Source: an uncultured delta proteobacterium
GTDB taxonomy: Bacteria; Desulfobacterota; Binatia; UBA9968
Direction: 5' to 3'
Length of the DNA: 64,000 nucleotides
Assembly (NCBI GenBank): GCA_963847445.1
Contig: CAWJZV010000048.1
Location: forward strand, 1 to 64,000
The notes under the pieces were generated by a model that ran no database searches, was not told the origin of the DNA, and saw only the letters and a list, made by a program, of their open reading frames with translations. Shown here piece after piece: positions 20,152-30,820 of this stretch. The translations under genes were made by a program, and so were the position numbers. Numbering within the stretch: position 1 is the stretch's first letter; every line of letters begins with the position of its first letter.

Positions 20152-21270
20152 ATGGCGATCATCGATTTCGACTCTCACCTGCGCGACGGCTGGCTGCTCG
20201 ACGAGATTTATCAACTGCCCGAACCGTTCGCCAAGCATTCGCCGCGGCGCATCGGCGACGGCAAATATTTTTACTCGAAGTTCGAGCATAACCTTTCGCC
20301 GATGGAAGATCCGGTGGCCAATGCCAATTTCAAGAAGCCGGTGACGCACCAGGTGTTTTACAACCCGGAAGCCAACGCGCGCGGCAACGAGGTGATGCGC
20401 TGGCAGCAAGGCGGCTACGACATGGAGTATCGCTTGAAAGACAACGCCCGCGAAGGCGTCGACTTTCAGTTGATCTTCCCGACGTCCATCGAAATTCCCT
20501 CGCAGAACCCCGGCCCCCTCGGCGCCGCCGTGGCGCGGGCTTATAACAACTGGGCGCATAAACTGGTCGCCGGCCATCGCGACAAGCTGTCGCCGGTGGC
20601 GATGATCCCCGCCGGCTGTCCGGAAGAGATGGCCAACGAGCTGCGCCATTGCGTCAAGACGTTGGGCTGTAAAGCCGCCCACCTGGTGAGCTATACCTTG
20701 GACAAGCAGATGGAGGACCCGGCGTTCTTCCCCTTCTACGAAGCCGCTCAGGAGCTCGATATCCCGCTGTTCTGCCACCCGAGCACCTTGGGTGCGCAGG
20801 GTACGTTGATCAATCGCCAGACGCATTTCTTCCCGATGCATATCCTCGGCCGGCCGCTCAATTGCGTGGCGCCGCTGGTCGCCATGGTATTGGGCGGCGT
20901 GTTCGAGAAATTCCCGCGCCTGAAAGTCGTCTTCTTCGAAGTCACGGCGGAGTTCTTGGTTTTCTGGATGCACCGCATGGACGACGACTACGAGGTCATC
21001 AAAGAGGCCGGTATGTGCCCGCAATTGAGCATGCTGCCGTCCGAGTATGTCAAGCGTAACTGTTATATTACTTGCGAAGCCGACGAGAAGTGGCTGCCGC
21101 TGGCGTTGTCGGAAGTCGGCGATACCCATGTCGTCGTCGCCACCGACTACCCGCACTTCGACTCGACGTTTCCGAAAACCGTCAGCGGCATCCGCGAGCG
21201 CCCGGATCTCTCGCCGAAGCAGAAAAAATTGATCCTAGAAGACAACGCGCTCAATCTGTTGCGCATGTAA
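20152..21270 (+). CDS. Amidohydrolase-2 family protein (ACMSD/LigW-like metal-dependent hydrolase or decarboxylase)
   Basis: IIDFDSH, ARAYNNW, PLFCHP, GGVFEKFPRLK, ATDYPHFD. Confidence 0.9.
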   Translation: MAIIDFDSHLRDGWLLDEIYQLPEPFAKHSPRRIGDGKYFYSKFEHNLSPMEDPVANANFKKPVTHQVFYNPEANARGNEVMRWQQGGYDMEYRLKDNAREGVDFQLIFPTSIEIPSQNPGPLGAAVARAYNNWAHKLVAGHRDKLSPVAMIPAGCPEEMANELRHCVKTLGCKAAHLVSYTLDKQMEDPAFFPFYEAAQELDIPLFCHPSTLGAQGTLINRQTHFFPMHILGRPLNCVAPLVAMVLGGVFEKFPRLKVVFFEVTAEFLVFWMHRMDDDYEVIKEAGMCPQLSMLPSEYVKRNCYITCEADEKWLPLALSEVGDTHVVVATDYPHFDSTFPKTVSGIRERPDLSPKQKKLILEDNALNLLRM

Positions 21271-21285
21271 TCGCGGAGAGCTTCT

Positions 21286-21583
21286 CACCACGAAGGACCC
21301 AGCGCGGCGCAGCCGCAACCAAAATGGATTCGGAATCGGAGAATTTGCCGCAAAGAACGCAAAGGGTACAAAATAAATACGAAGACGAATTCCGACGTAG
21401 GGGCGTATGGCATACGCCCTGGGGTGGCGGGGCGGTCACAGCGTGGTCATAAATTTTGCGCAGGCGACAAAAACTCTAATGTATAACAATGCAAAGAAGC
21501 AGAAGAGAATTTGGATTCGTACAGGGGGCGAGGTTGGAAATCCGCCATTCCGAAACCTTCGTGTCCTTCGTGGGCTTCGTGGT
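21286..21583. mobile_element. Composite repeat copy B: REP arm interrupted by a non-coding insert (21299-21490)
   Basis: caccacgaaggac|ccagcgcggcgcagccgcaacc ... GTAG hairpin at 21397-21419 ... tttgcgcaggcgac; partner arm at 21557-21583. Confidence 0.65.
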
Positions 21584-21608
21584 AAAAATGAAATTAAGGA
21601 GAACCTCG

Positions 21609-22615
21609 ATGATTCACCCACCGGCAATCTTGTTTTGTCGCTACCTTGCTAATTTCGTCCGCCGCGTTCGCCCAGGACGCCAAACTCATCGAGGCGGCGA
21701 AAAAGGAAAGCGGCAAGATCATCGCCTACGGCTCGATGGAATCCAACACCGCCGAACCGATCATCGAAGCGTTCATGAAAAAAACCGGCCTGCAGGTCGA
21801 GTACTGGCGCGCTTCGGCGACCAAAGCGATGGACCGGGCGCTCACCGAAGTGCGCGCCGGCAAGCATCTTTACGATGTCATGATCAACAACAGCGGCGCC
21901 ACCACGGTGATGCACAGGGAAGGTATCTTCGCCAAATACAACTCGCCGGCCGCCGGCGTCCTTCTCCAAAGATGTCATCGATGCCGATCTCGGTGTCTCC
22001 TACCGCCACACGCCCATCGGTATTTTTTACAACAAAGGCATGATCAAACCAGCGGACGCGCCCAAGTCTCTCGAAGATCTGTTGCATCCAAAATATCGCG
22101 GCAAGTTCGTCATGCCCGATCCGACCCAGCACACCACCACGCTTCAATGGGTCGCCAGCCTGTACAAAATCATGGGCAAGGAAAAGGCCGACAAATTTAT
22201 CCGCGACCTCGGCGCCACCAAGCCGCTGCTCGTGGAATCCTTCGCCCCCTCAGCCGAACGGGTTGCCACCGGCGAAACCCCCATCGCCCTTTCGTTGATT
22301 CGCTACGTCGTCACCTACGGTGAAAAAGGCGCGCCGGTCGACTACGTGCGCTTGGGAAAGTTCCTGAGCACCGGCCAGTATTTAAACTTGAGCCACAAAG
22401 CGCCACACCCCAATGGCGGCAAGGCACTCATCGACTTTTTCCTCGGCGAAGAAAGCGCGCGCATCCTCGCCAAAGCCGGAGAGTTCGTCACCCGCAGAGG
22501 CATCCATCCGCCGGTGCCCGATGCCGACAAAATCCAAGGCGTCGAGATGGACGACTTCGAGGCCAAAGAGTTCAAAGAGAAGAGCCAGGAATTTCAGAAG
22601 ATCTTTTTGAAGTAG
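21609..22615 (+). CDS. Extracellular solute-binding protein, Fe3+/thiamine/polyamine-like (frameshifts)
   Basis: LIEAAKKE, PKSLEDLLHPKYRGK, APHPNGGKALIDFFL. Confidence 0.85.
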
Positions 22616-22650
22616 ATCGGCGCGACACCAACCATTTAGGGGGAATCGAT

Positions 22651-23019
22651 ATGAATGCACCTCTCAAAGTCAGCGGCATCGACCATATCGTCTTTCATGT
22701 CAAGGATCTGCCGCGCGCGCGAAAGTTCTATGTCGAGTTTCTCGGCATGGAGGTCGATCATGAGAGAGGCTGGCAGTGTTTTTTGAAATGCGGGAACCAG
22801 GGAGTCGCCCTGTTCGAAGTCGACGACGACGACGAAGTCCACGCCGGCAGCGAAGTGAATCATCTGGCGCTGCGCCTGGCAGCCGGCGACCACGCCCGCG
22901 TCAAAGCGACCCTGGAAAACGCCGGCATCGCCGTACGCGACCGCGCCAACGATCCGCATTGCCTCTACTTCGACGATCCGGACGGACACCAACTGCAATT
23001 TTTGCTGCCGAACGAATAA
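22651..23019 (+). CDS. VOC/glyoxalase family protein
   Basis: IDHIVFHV, ARKFYVEFLG, NHLAL, LYFDDPDGHQL. Confidence 0.9.
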   Translation: MNAPLKVSGIDHIVFHVKDLPRARKFYVEFLGMEVDHERGWQCFLKCGNQGVALFEVDDDDEVHAGSEVNHLALRLAAGDHARVKATLENAGIAVRDRANDPHCLYFDDPDGHQLQFLLPNE

Positions 23020-23188
23020 CCTTCTCGATCTCCAAGGATTGCCGGGCTTTCGAGTTTCGCCGTACTTTCTGGATCTAATCGCGACAACAATAGCTTTACG
23101 CGATAATCCAGCGACAGAACTTTCCTACGACGCTCCGTTGGGTCAGCGACGTCTTGCATTTATTTTCGCGAGGCTCGACCCTGTCTCC

Positions 23189-24928
23189 ATGAATCAACGC
23201 TCCGACGCTCTTACCGTCGCCCTGACCGGACAGCTGCCGTTTATCCTGGTCATCGCTGCGCTTCTCGCGTTTGTCGCATCCTTATTAATGCTGCGCCTTT
23301 ACCGGCGTAGCGTGATCAAATCGATGCGCCGGCGCGGCCGCAGTGACATGCTCGATGCCAAGGGTTATCTCCCGCCTGAACCCGAGCATAACCCCAACGA
23401 AGCGCCGTTGAGTTTCAACTTCGTCGCCCGTCGGCAAATCCCAGTGCGTGCCGACGCCGACAAACTTTATCACCGCGCCCGGCGCCGCCGTTGGCTCACG
23501 GCGTTCATTCATATGCTCGCTGGCGCTTGTTTCGCGGCAGTGATGACCGCGGCATTTTTGTCTGCCGGCAAAATGGAATTCCTGCCATACCGCTTCATCT
23601 ATCTTACCTGGATCAACTTCTGGCCCGCGCTCATCGCCATTGACCTGACCCTTGGACCTTCGCGGCGCAGTCGCGTGTCTGGACTATTGGGCTACTTTCT
23701 GTCTGGCGTCGCGGTCGGCGCAGTTTTGTTATCGAGGAATGCCGGGCTCCCTGCCGGACAGTTGATTTATCTCTGGCTCGAATATGAACGCCATCCCCAC
23801 CGTTCTGCTGCTGATCTTTCTGAATCGCCGTATTCGTGCCGTCGGGCCGCTGGTGTTGTTGTTCATGATCGTCGGCGTTATCGGCGCAACCTTCACGACG
23901 AGCTTGGTTGGCGACCATCCCAATTTACTCAAGGCGGTCGGCGAGCTTAGCTATTCCATCGGCTTGAGCGCCACCGGCACGATAATCGGGCTGCATCTCA
24001 TCGGCTTCGCCGTCTTGGCGATCGTTGGCTGGTTGATGCTCGAATTGCTGCGCCGGCTCTACGAGAGTAAACGCATCAGCGAACAATCCATCACCATCGA
24101 CGCCATGTGGCTGCTCTTCGGCATCGTCAATTCCATTGGCTTGGTGTTTGAAGGTTACCGGTGGTTCGCCAGCGGTTTCGTCGCCTTTACGATTTATAAG
24201 ATCGTCAGTGGCGGCGTTGTTTGGTCTTTGCGGCATGTCGCGGCGGGCAAAGGAGAATGGTTACCGATTATTATTGCTGCGTGTCTTCGCACTCGGCAAG
24301 CGCAGCGAGCAGCTCTACGACACCCTCGGTAAGTCCTGGCGCACCGTCGGCAGCATCCAGATGATCGCCGGCCCGGACTTGGCGACCACGACCATCGAGC
24401 CCCATGAATTTTTGGATTTCGTCAGCGGCAAACTCGACCGCCGCTTCATCGACACCGGCGGCACACTCGACCTGCGCATCGACCAGATGGACTTGGCGCC
24501 CGACCGCGAAGGACAATTTCGCGTGACGGAATTCTTCTGCCATGACGACACCTGGAAGATGACTTTGGCGCGCTTGGCCGACGATAGCGACGCGGTGCTG
24601 ATGGATTTGCGCGGCTTCTCCCAGGCCAATGCCGGATGCGTTTTCGAGATCCATGAGATTTTCAACGTCGTGCCGCTGGCGCGGGCGGTGTTCGCCATCG
24701 ACGAGAGCACCGATCGACCTTTCATGCGCGAGACCATGGAACAGGCCTGGCGTCAAGTGAAAGACCGCTCGCCCAATCGCCGCCTCGAAACCGGCACAGG
24801 TCGAACTGGTCCGTATAGGTGACGCCGGAGGCATGCAAGATTTGTTGTATGCCTTATGCAGCGCCGCGACCGGAGGTGCGACCGGCCGGCCGCCCTTGCC
24901 CAGCGAAAAAACCCAGCGAGACTTTTAG
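23189..24928 (+). CDS. Multi-pass membrane protein with a C-terminal alpha/beta (TIR/NDT-like) domain (three frameshifts)
   Basis: Three overlapping ORFs join; many hydrophobic segments followed by LLLLRVF..SDAVLMDLRGFSQANAGCVFEI. Confidence 0.7.
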
Positions 24929-24937
24929 GCCGTATTC

Positions 24938-25888
24938 TTAATGCCGGTTATGCCCGAAGGTCTTGTCGTAGTCGCGCTGAAGCTCTTTGGGAATGAAGTC
25001 ATCTTCGAGTTGTATGATCTTCTTCGCCGGCAGAATCGGATCTTGAGTGCGCGGCACCATGCCGTATTTCGACGCCTGGGCTTTCTTGTTCCACTCGTCG
25101 AGCACCACCGGGCCGCGTTCCTTGACCTCTTGCAATACTTCCCAAGTCGATTGCAGACCGTTGGCGGTGGTTAAGCTCGGATAAAGCACCGCCGACACGC
25201 CGAGCTTGTGAAATTCATCGAAAGTCGGCGACGGCTTCGGCCCGTAATAGGGCGCGATCACCGGCACCGGAATGCGCCGGCACGCCTCGGCAATTTGCTC
25301 GCGCTCGGTCATGGTATTCATCCAGACGGCATCGACGCCGGCATCCTTGGCGTAGGCGACGCCGCGGCGCACCGCGTCTTCGAAGTTACCGCCATCGGAG
25401 CCGACCGAATCGCAACGGGCGCAGACGACAAAGTCGGCGTCGAGTTCCTGTTTCGCCGCCACCGCCGCCCGGTATTTGCCCACCGCTTCTTCCACCGAGA
25501 TCAAGCGCCGTCCCGCCAGCGTCCCCGATTTCTTCGGCGCTTCTTGATCCTCGATATGCAAACCCGCCGCGCCGGCGCGAATATAAGCTTGCACGGTGTA
25601 GTAAACGTTCACGGCGTTGCCGTAACCGGTGTCGGCATCGGCAAAGACCGGAATGTCGGTGACGTTGGTGATGCGCCGCACCGACTCGACCATCTCGTTC
25701 AAGCCGAGCAAACCGACATCGGGATAGCCATAGACATAGGCCGCCACCTGGGAGCCTGACATGAAGAAAGCTTGGTAGCCGGTAATCTCCGACATGCGCG
25801 CGTGCAATGGGCTAAAGCCGCCAGACATGACGAGCAGCTCGGGCTGCGCCAACAGTTCTTTCAAACGAGTGGTCGATTTCGTCTTCAT
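24938..25888 (-). CDS. Isocitrate lyase/PEP mutase family protein (PrpB/oxaloacetate decarboxylase-like)
   Basis: PDVGL, ADADTGYG, HIEDQEAPKKSG, ARCD. Confidence 0.9.
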   Translation of the reverse strand: MKTKSTTRLKELLAQPELLVMSGGFSPLHARMSEITGYQAFFMSGSQVAAYVYGYPDVGLLGLNEMVESVRRITNVTDIPVFADADTGYGNAVNVYYTVQAYIRAGAAGLHIEDQEAPKKSGTLAGRRLISVEEAVGKYRAAVAAKQELDADFVVCARCDSVGSDGGNFEDAVRRGVAYAKDAGVDAVWMNTMTEREQIAEACRRIPVPVIAPYYGPKPSPTFDEFHKLGVSAVLYPSLTTANGLQSTWEVLQEVKERGPVVLDEWNKKAQASKYGMVPRTQDPILPAKKIIQLEDDFIPKELQRDYDKTFGHNRH

Positions 25889-26166
25889 AGTGACTTTCCA
25901 TTATCACATCGCTTGCCGCGGAGAAATGCTTGCGCGCAGCTTCACCGGTAAGTTGGCGTCAGGCTATGTCGGTGATCGCGGGATATCGCAGTACAGTTTT
26001 TGACACGCCGGACAAAAGTGTTTCCCTTTTAGTTCTGAGTGAGTCCATAAAAGGCATTTTTAGGCGAGCTTAGAGGGTAGCGACAATGGCCTAGTTGTTG
26101 CTCCGATACCGCGTGGAAGTGTCCTCATTTAACCAGCGTTAGCGACTAGCGTTTGGGTTACGATCC

Positions 26167-27095
26167 ATGGCCGATATTTTCCTCAGCTACGCCCGAGAGA
26201 ATAGCGAGATCGCCAAGCTCTTAAGTGAGCGCTTGGAGCACCTCGGCTGGTCGGTGTGGTGGGACTGGGAGGTCCCGGCGGGCCAAAACTGGCGCGACAT
26301 GATCGAGCAGTCGCTGGCCAGCATGCGCTGCATGATCGTCCTGTGGTCGATGGATTCCATCGACAGCGACTGGGTCAAGGAAGAAGCCGAGAAAGGCAAA
26401 GCCCAACGCAAGCTGGTTGCTGCGCTGATCGACGAGGTCAAGCCGCCGATGGGCTTCCGCGACCTCGAAACCGCAAATTTGATTGGCTGGGATGGCTCCC
26501 TAGATTTTCCTGGATTTGGCAGTCTCATCGACGCGTTAGAAGCGCAGATCGGTAAGCCTGTCAAAATTCCCACTGCCGAACCGGCAACCGCTAGCGAAGT
26601 CAATGCACCGCGAGGCCGGCAACCGAGTTCACCGGCTCGATTCGACTCTTCTGAGCTATGCCATATAGCCAACCGGCTACCCTGGCGGTCCTATGCCAAG
26701 GCAATCGTTCTGCTCATCATCTTGATCGCCGGCTCCATCGAGCGACGGAGCGCGCACCAGGGACAACTTTGCCGGCCTCGCTGCCGGTCACAACTCTCGA
26801 CGCTGGTGAAATGCCGCCATCGCCACCCTTGACTATCAGGGGACCAACGATTGCGCCGCCCGCACAAGCGCAATTTCCGGAATTCGCGCCGCCGTCGGTG
26901 ACCGGCCATTCACGGCATTTATTACCGAAGCGAAAGCCAGCCAAAAGAATTGACGCGTCGCGCCCGAGAAACGCCGCGATCCCAAATACCGCGCCGAGCG
27001 CTCATCGTTGTAGTGAGATTTTTGCCGGCGCGCAGCTCGGCGAGGCGCCGGCGGACGGCGACCGAGAGACGCTGAGAAAGGACTGTTCATCATGA
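26167..27095 (+). CDS. TIR-domain protein with TM segment, Pro-rich linker and small two-Cys C-terminal domain (frameshift near 26750)
   Basis: DIFLSYARE, VWWD, VLWS..SDWVKEEA; IVLLIILIA; RCSEIF...LRKDCSS. Confidence 0.8.
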
Positions 27096-28382
27096 AACTC
27101 ATGGTCCAAAACTTACGCCGCGTGAGAGCGCTGACCCGCGCGGTCTTATTAGCGTCGCTCGGCGGTTGCACAACCACGAGTGAAACGCCGCCGCCGGCGC
27201 TTCCAGCACCCACCGTCGAAGCCGTCGCAGCGGCGCCGGCGCCAGTGGCCGCACCAGCGACCGCCGCGGTCGCGCGCCGCTTCGAAGAAGCGCTGACCCA
27301 TGCCGCCAACACATTGTTCTCACAAATCCGTGCTTCGGCTAACGGTGAAAAACAGCTGCTCGTCATCGATCCCCTGATCGACGGCGTTTCGGGCATGCAG
27401 TCCAACGCCACCAGAACCATGGCTTCGCGCATCGGCGAACTGGTGCGCGGCCATTATCCGCAGTTCGACCTGCAACCCTTCTCCGCCGCCAATGTGCGCC
27501 GGTCGCCCAAAGTTTTGGTCGGCACCTTCACAGCGGTGAATAGCGAGGGCGATACCACGGGCACCAGGGAAGCCTATCGCATCTGCCTGGCTCTGGCAGA
27601 TTTAAAGTCGGGCACCGTGGTGGCGAAGGGAACTGCCCGCGCGCAAATGCCAGGCGTCGACCACGTCGCCGACGCCGTACTTTCAAGATAGTCCGGCGTG
27701 GATGAAAGAGGCGCCGACCGAGGGCTATGTAAATACCTGCCAGACCAGTAAACCTGGGGACGCGATTCAGCCTGCTTATCTCGATAGCATTTTGGCGGGA
27801 ACCTTGATCAGCGACGCGATCGCTGCTTACGACGCCGGCCGCTATGCCGACGCCCTCGACCGTTATTCCAGCGCCCTCGAACTACCCACCGGCCATCAAT
27901 TGCGGGTTTTCAATGGCGTCTACCTCGCCAACTTGAAACTCGGCCGGCAGGCCGCGGCCAACGATGCCTTTAGCCGGATCGTCGCTTATGGCTTGGCGAA
28001 AAATCGTCTCGCCGTGAAATTTCTTTTCAAGCCGGGCAGCACCGCGTTCGTGCCCGACAAGCAGGTGAGCGCGCACTATCCGATGTGGATGAAGGAAATT
28101 GCCCGCGGCGCGATACAAAGCAAAAGTTGTCTGGAAGTGATCGGCCACACCAGCCGCTCCGGCGCCGAACCACTCAACCAACGATTGTCTCAATTGCGCG
28201 CCGATTACATCAAGAAAAGACTCGAGGGTGAAGCGCCGCCATTGGCCAAACGCATCACCGCCCAGGGCGTCGGCTCGCGCGACAATCTCGTCGGCACCGG
28301 CAAAGACGATATCTCCGATGCCTTGGATCGCCGCGTGGTTTTCCAGGTGACCGCGTGCGGCGGCGGCACGCAGTACTATTGA
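27092..28382 (+). CDS. Lipoprotein with a TPR-like segment and C-terminal OmpA-like domain (frameshift near 27665)
   Basis: Lipobox-like LGGC; F.PGS, VIGHTSRSG, NQRLSQLRA, DRRV; ATGA overlap with the TIR gene. Confidence 0.85.
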
Positions 28383-28553
28383 TTATCACTTGCTTACTTG
28401 TTTTCCACGCCCTGACACGACGATCGCGCCAGGGCGTTTTAGTTTGCGATTTCTCCAGCCAACGATTTCCCCTTGACGCTCACGCTTATCATCGACTAAG
28501 TTTTCGCTGCGAACTCAGATCGGTATCGGCTTCCCAACAACGAGGAGGATCGC

Positions 28554-29552
28554 ATGGTTGTAACGAGACGAGCCCGTGTGTGGCGATTGTTGCTAACGAC
28601 TGCGGTGATCTTGCTAGCTGGTAAAAGCGCACACGCCATTGCCGCCGACAAGATTCGTATCAGCTACACCTCCCCCGGACCGCAGCATGGCATCCTTTGG
28701 ATCGCCGACGTCAGCGGTCTGTTCAAAAAAAACAATATTGACCCGGAAATCATTTACATGCCCGGCAATATTTCCGCGCCGTCAATGATGGCCGGCGAAG
28801 TGCAGTTCGGCCAGATGACCGGCGCGCTGATGTCGCCGCTCCGCTTACAAGGCGGCGACCCGGTGATGCTGGTGAGCATTCAAGAGCTGCTCGACGACCG
28901 ATTGATGGCCCGGCCCAACATAACCAAGCCGGAGGAACTCAAGGGGAAACGCATCGCGATTTCTCGCTTCGGCGCAGCATCCCATATGCGAGTGCTCAAT
29001 ATGTTGCCCCGTTTCGGTCTCACCGAGAAAGACGTGACGTTCTTGCAGATCGGCGATACCCCGGCGCGGATCATCGCCATGGTCGGTAACTCCGCGGATG
29101 CTTCAAGCTTCTCTCCGCCCGATCATCTCGCCCCGCAACTCACGGGCATGAGAACTTTGCTCAATATGGCGGAGTTGAATATTTTCTATCAAGGCACGGG
29201 ATTAGTCGCGACCCAGCGCTACATCGCCAAGAACCGCGAAATCGTCAGGCGTATGGTGAAGTCCTACATTGAGGCGATCCACATCGTTCGGACCAGCCCC
29301 GAAGAAGCCAAGCGCGCGTTCGTGAAATACCGCAAGACCAAGGATCCCAAACAACTCGAAGATGCCTATCAAACCCTGCGCGAGACCGTGAAGCTCAAGC
29401 CTTACCCCAATATGGAATCTTTCAAAACGATATTCAAAGATGTCAGCGACCGCATCCCAGCAGCGAAGACGGCGAACGCGAAGGAATTCGTCGACACCAG
29501 TTTTCTCGAGGAACTCGACAAATCCGGCTACATCGACGGGCTGTATCGATAG
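28554..29552 (+). CDS. SsuA/NMT1/THI5-like substrate-binding protein
   Basis: Signal peptide, GLFKKN, ELKGKRIAISRFG, LDKSGYIDGLY. Confidence 0.9.
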   Translation: MVVTRRARVWRLLLTTAVILLAGKSAHAIAADKIRISYTSPGPQHGILWIADVSGLFKKNNIDPEIIYMPGNISAPSMMAGEVQFGQMTGALMSPLRLQGGDPVMLVSIQELLDDRLMARPNITKPEELKGKRIAISRFGAASHMRVLNMLPRFGLTEKDVTFLQIGDTPARIIAMVGNSADASSFSPPDHLAPQLTGMRTLLNMAELNIFYQGTGLVATQRYIAKNREIVRRMVKSYIEAIHIVRTSPEEAKRAFVKYRKTKDPKQLEDAYQTLRETVKLKPYPNMESFKTIFKDVSDRIPAAKTANAKEFVDTSFLEELDKSGYIDGLYR

Positions 29553-29627
29553 CGGGTTGCGGAATTGGCTTTATGGAGTGTTGGCAACGGAATCCCAACA
29601 CTCCATAACTCTCATTCTTCTCCGGTC

Positions 29628-30678
29628 CTAGTCCGCTCCCAATAGTTTTTTCATCCGGGCTATGATGTCTGCTGGCTGGCTCATGACGTCCTTGACGATC
29701 CTTTCGAGCTCTTCACCTTTGACCGGGTCGAGATCGAAGCTGCGCTTATCTAAATCGGCAAGGAACTCCTTGTCCTCCATGGTTTTGTTAAACGCATCGC
29801 GCAAGATTTTCACGCGATCGGCGGCAAGCCCCGGCGGCGCGAGCATCGGCCGGCCCAGGGCACCTGACGCCAACATCACACTCGCCAAGCGGCGTGATGC
29901 TTCCGGCGTCTTATACTTATCCATCAGCTCCCAAACTGTCGGCGTTTCCGGCATTTTACTATCGCGTTTTTTGCCGGTTTGAATAATATTGCGAACGAAT
30001 CCCTTCTTACGCCAGGTATGATAGGGCTCCCGCGATAAGAACGCTTCGATAGTAAAGGAGCGGCAATGAATCTCGCCTCTTTCGACCGCCAGATCGATCT
30101 CGGGACCGCCGGGATAACCTTGCACGAGATTGAACTTGGTGCCGATCAGCTCCTCGAAAAGCTTCGGCAGATAGTAGGCCGAGTCCGAGGTTCCCTGGGC
30201 GCCGCAGCGCGGCGGCTCCTTGGCGTTGCGCACGTCTTCGATGGTCTTGTACGGCGTGTCGGCGCGCATGTACATCTGCGACTCGCCCTGCACCGGCGAG
30301 CCGATCCAGGCGAACTTCGCCCAATCGAACTGCGCTTCCTTGCGGCCGACCAGTTGATCGAAATAGAGCGTCGGCACGATCGAACCGATAATCGTCAAGC
30401 CATCGGGTTTGCTCTTATTGTAAACATAGTTCGCCGCAATCATGTGACCCGCGCCGGGCATGTTCTGCACGATCAAGTCGGGTTTGCCAGGAATATGTTT
30501 GCCCATGTGCTGCGCCAACAAACGTGACCACTGATCGTAAAGCGCTCCGGCAGTAGTCCCGGCGATCACGGTAATCGTCTTGCCTTTGTAGAAGTCGGCC
30601 TGCGCGTGCAGCGACTGTCCCCAAACCAATAAACCCGACGAGCGCTATGAGCGCCGCCATCGTTCGAATTGATTTCAT
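29628..30678 (-). CDS. Tripartite tricarboxylate transporter substrate-binding protein (TctC/Bug family; frameshift in the signal peptide)
   Basis: FYKGKTI, KHIPGKP, VQNMPGAG, GYPGG..LAVERGE. Confidence 0.9.
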
Positions 30679-30820
30679 AAAAATACTCCTTGTGGTTGAA
30701 CGGGAATACCGAATTAACCAGGAAGATAATCAGTTTTTTGAATAATTGAAAGCTCCATAAGCGCCACGCGCGGCGCCTATAAAGTGAAGGACGACCAACT
30801 TCCCGGCAACCGCCGGCGCG

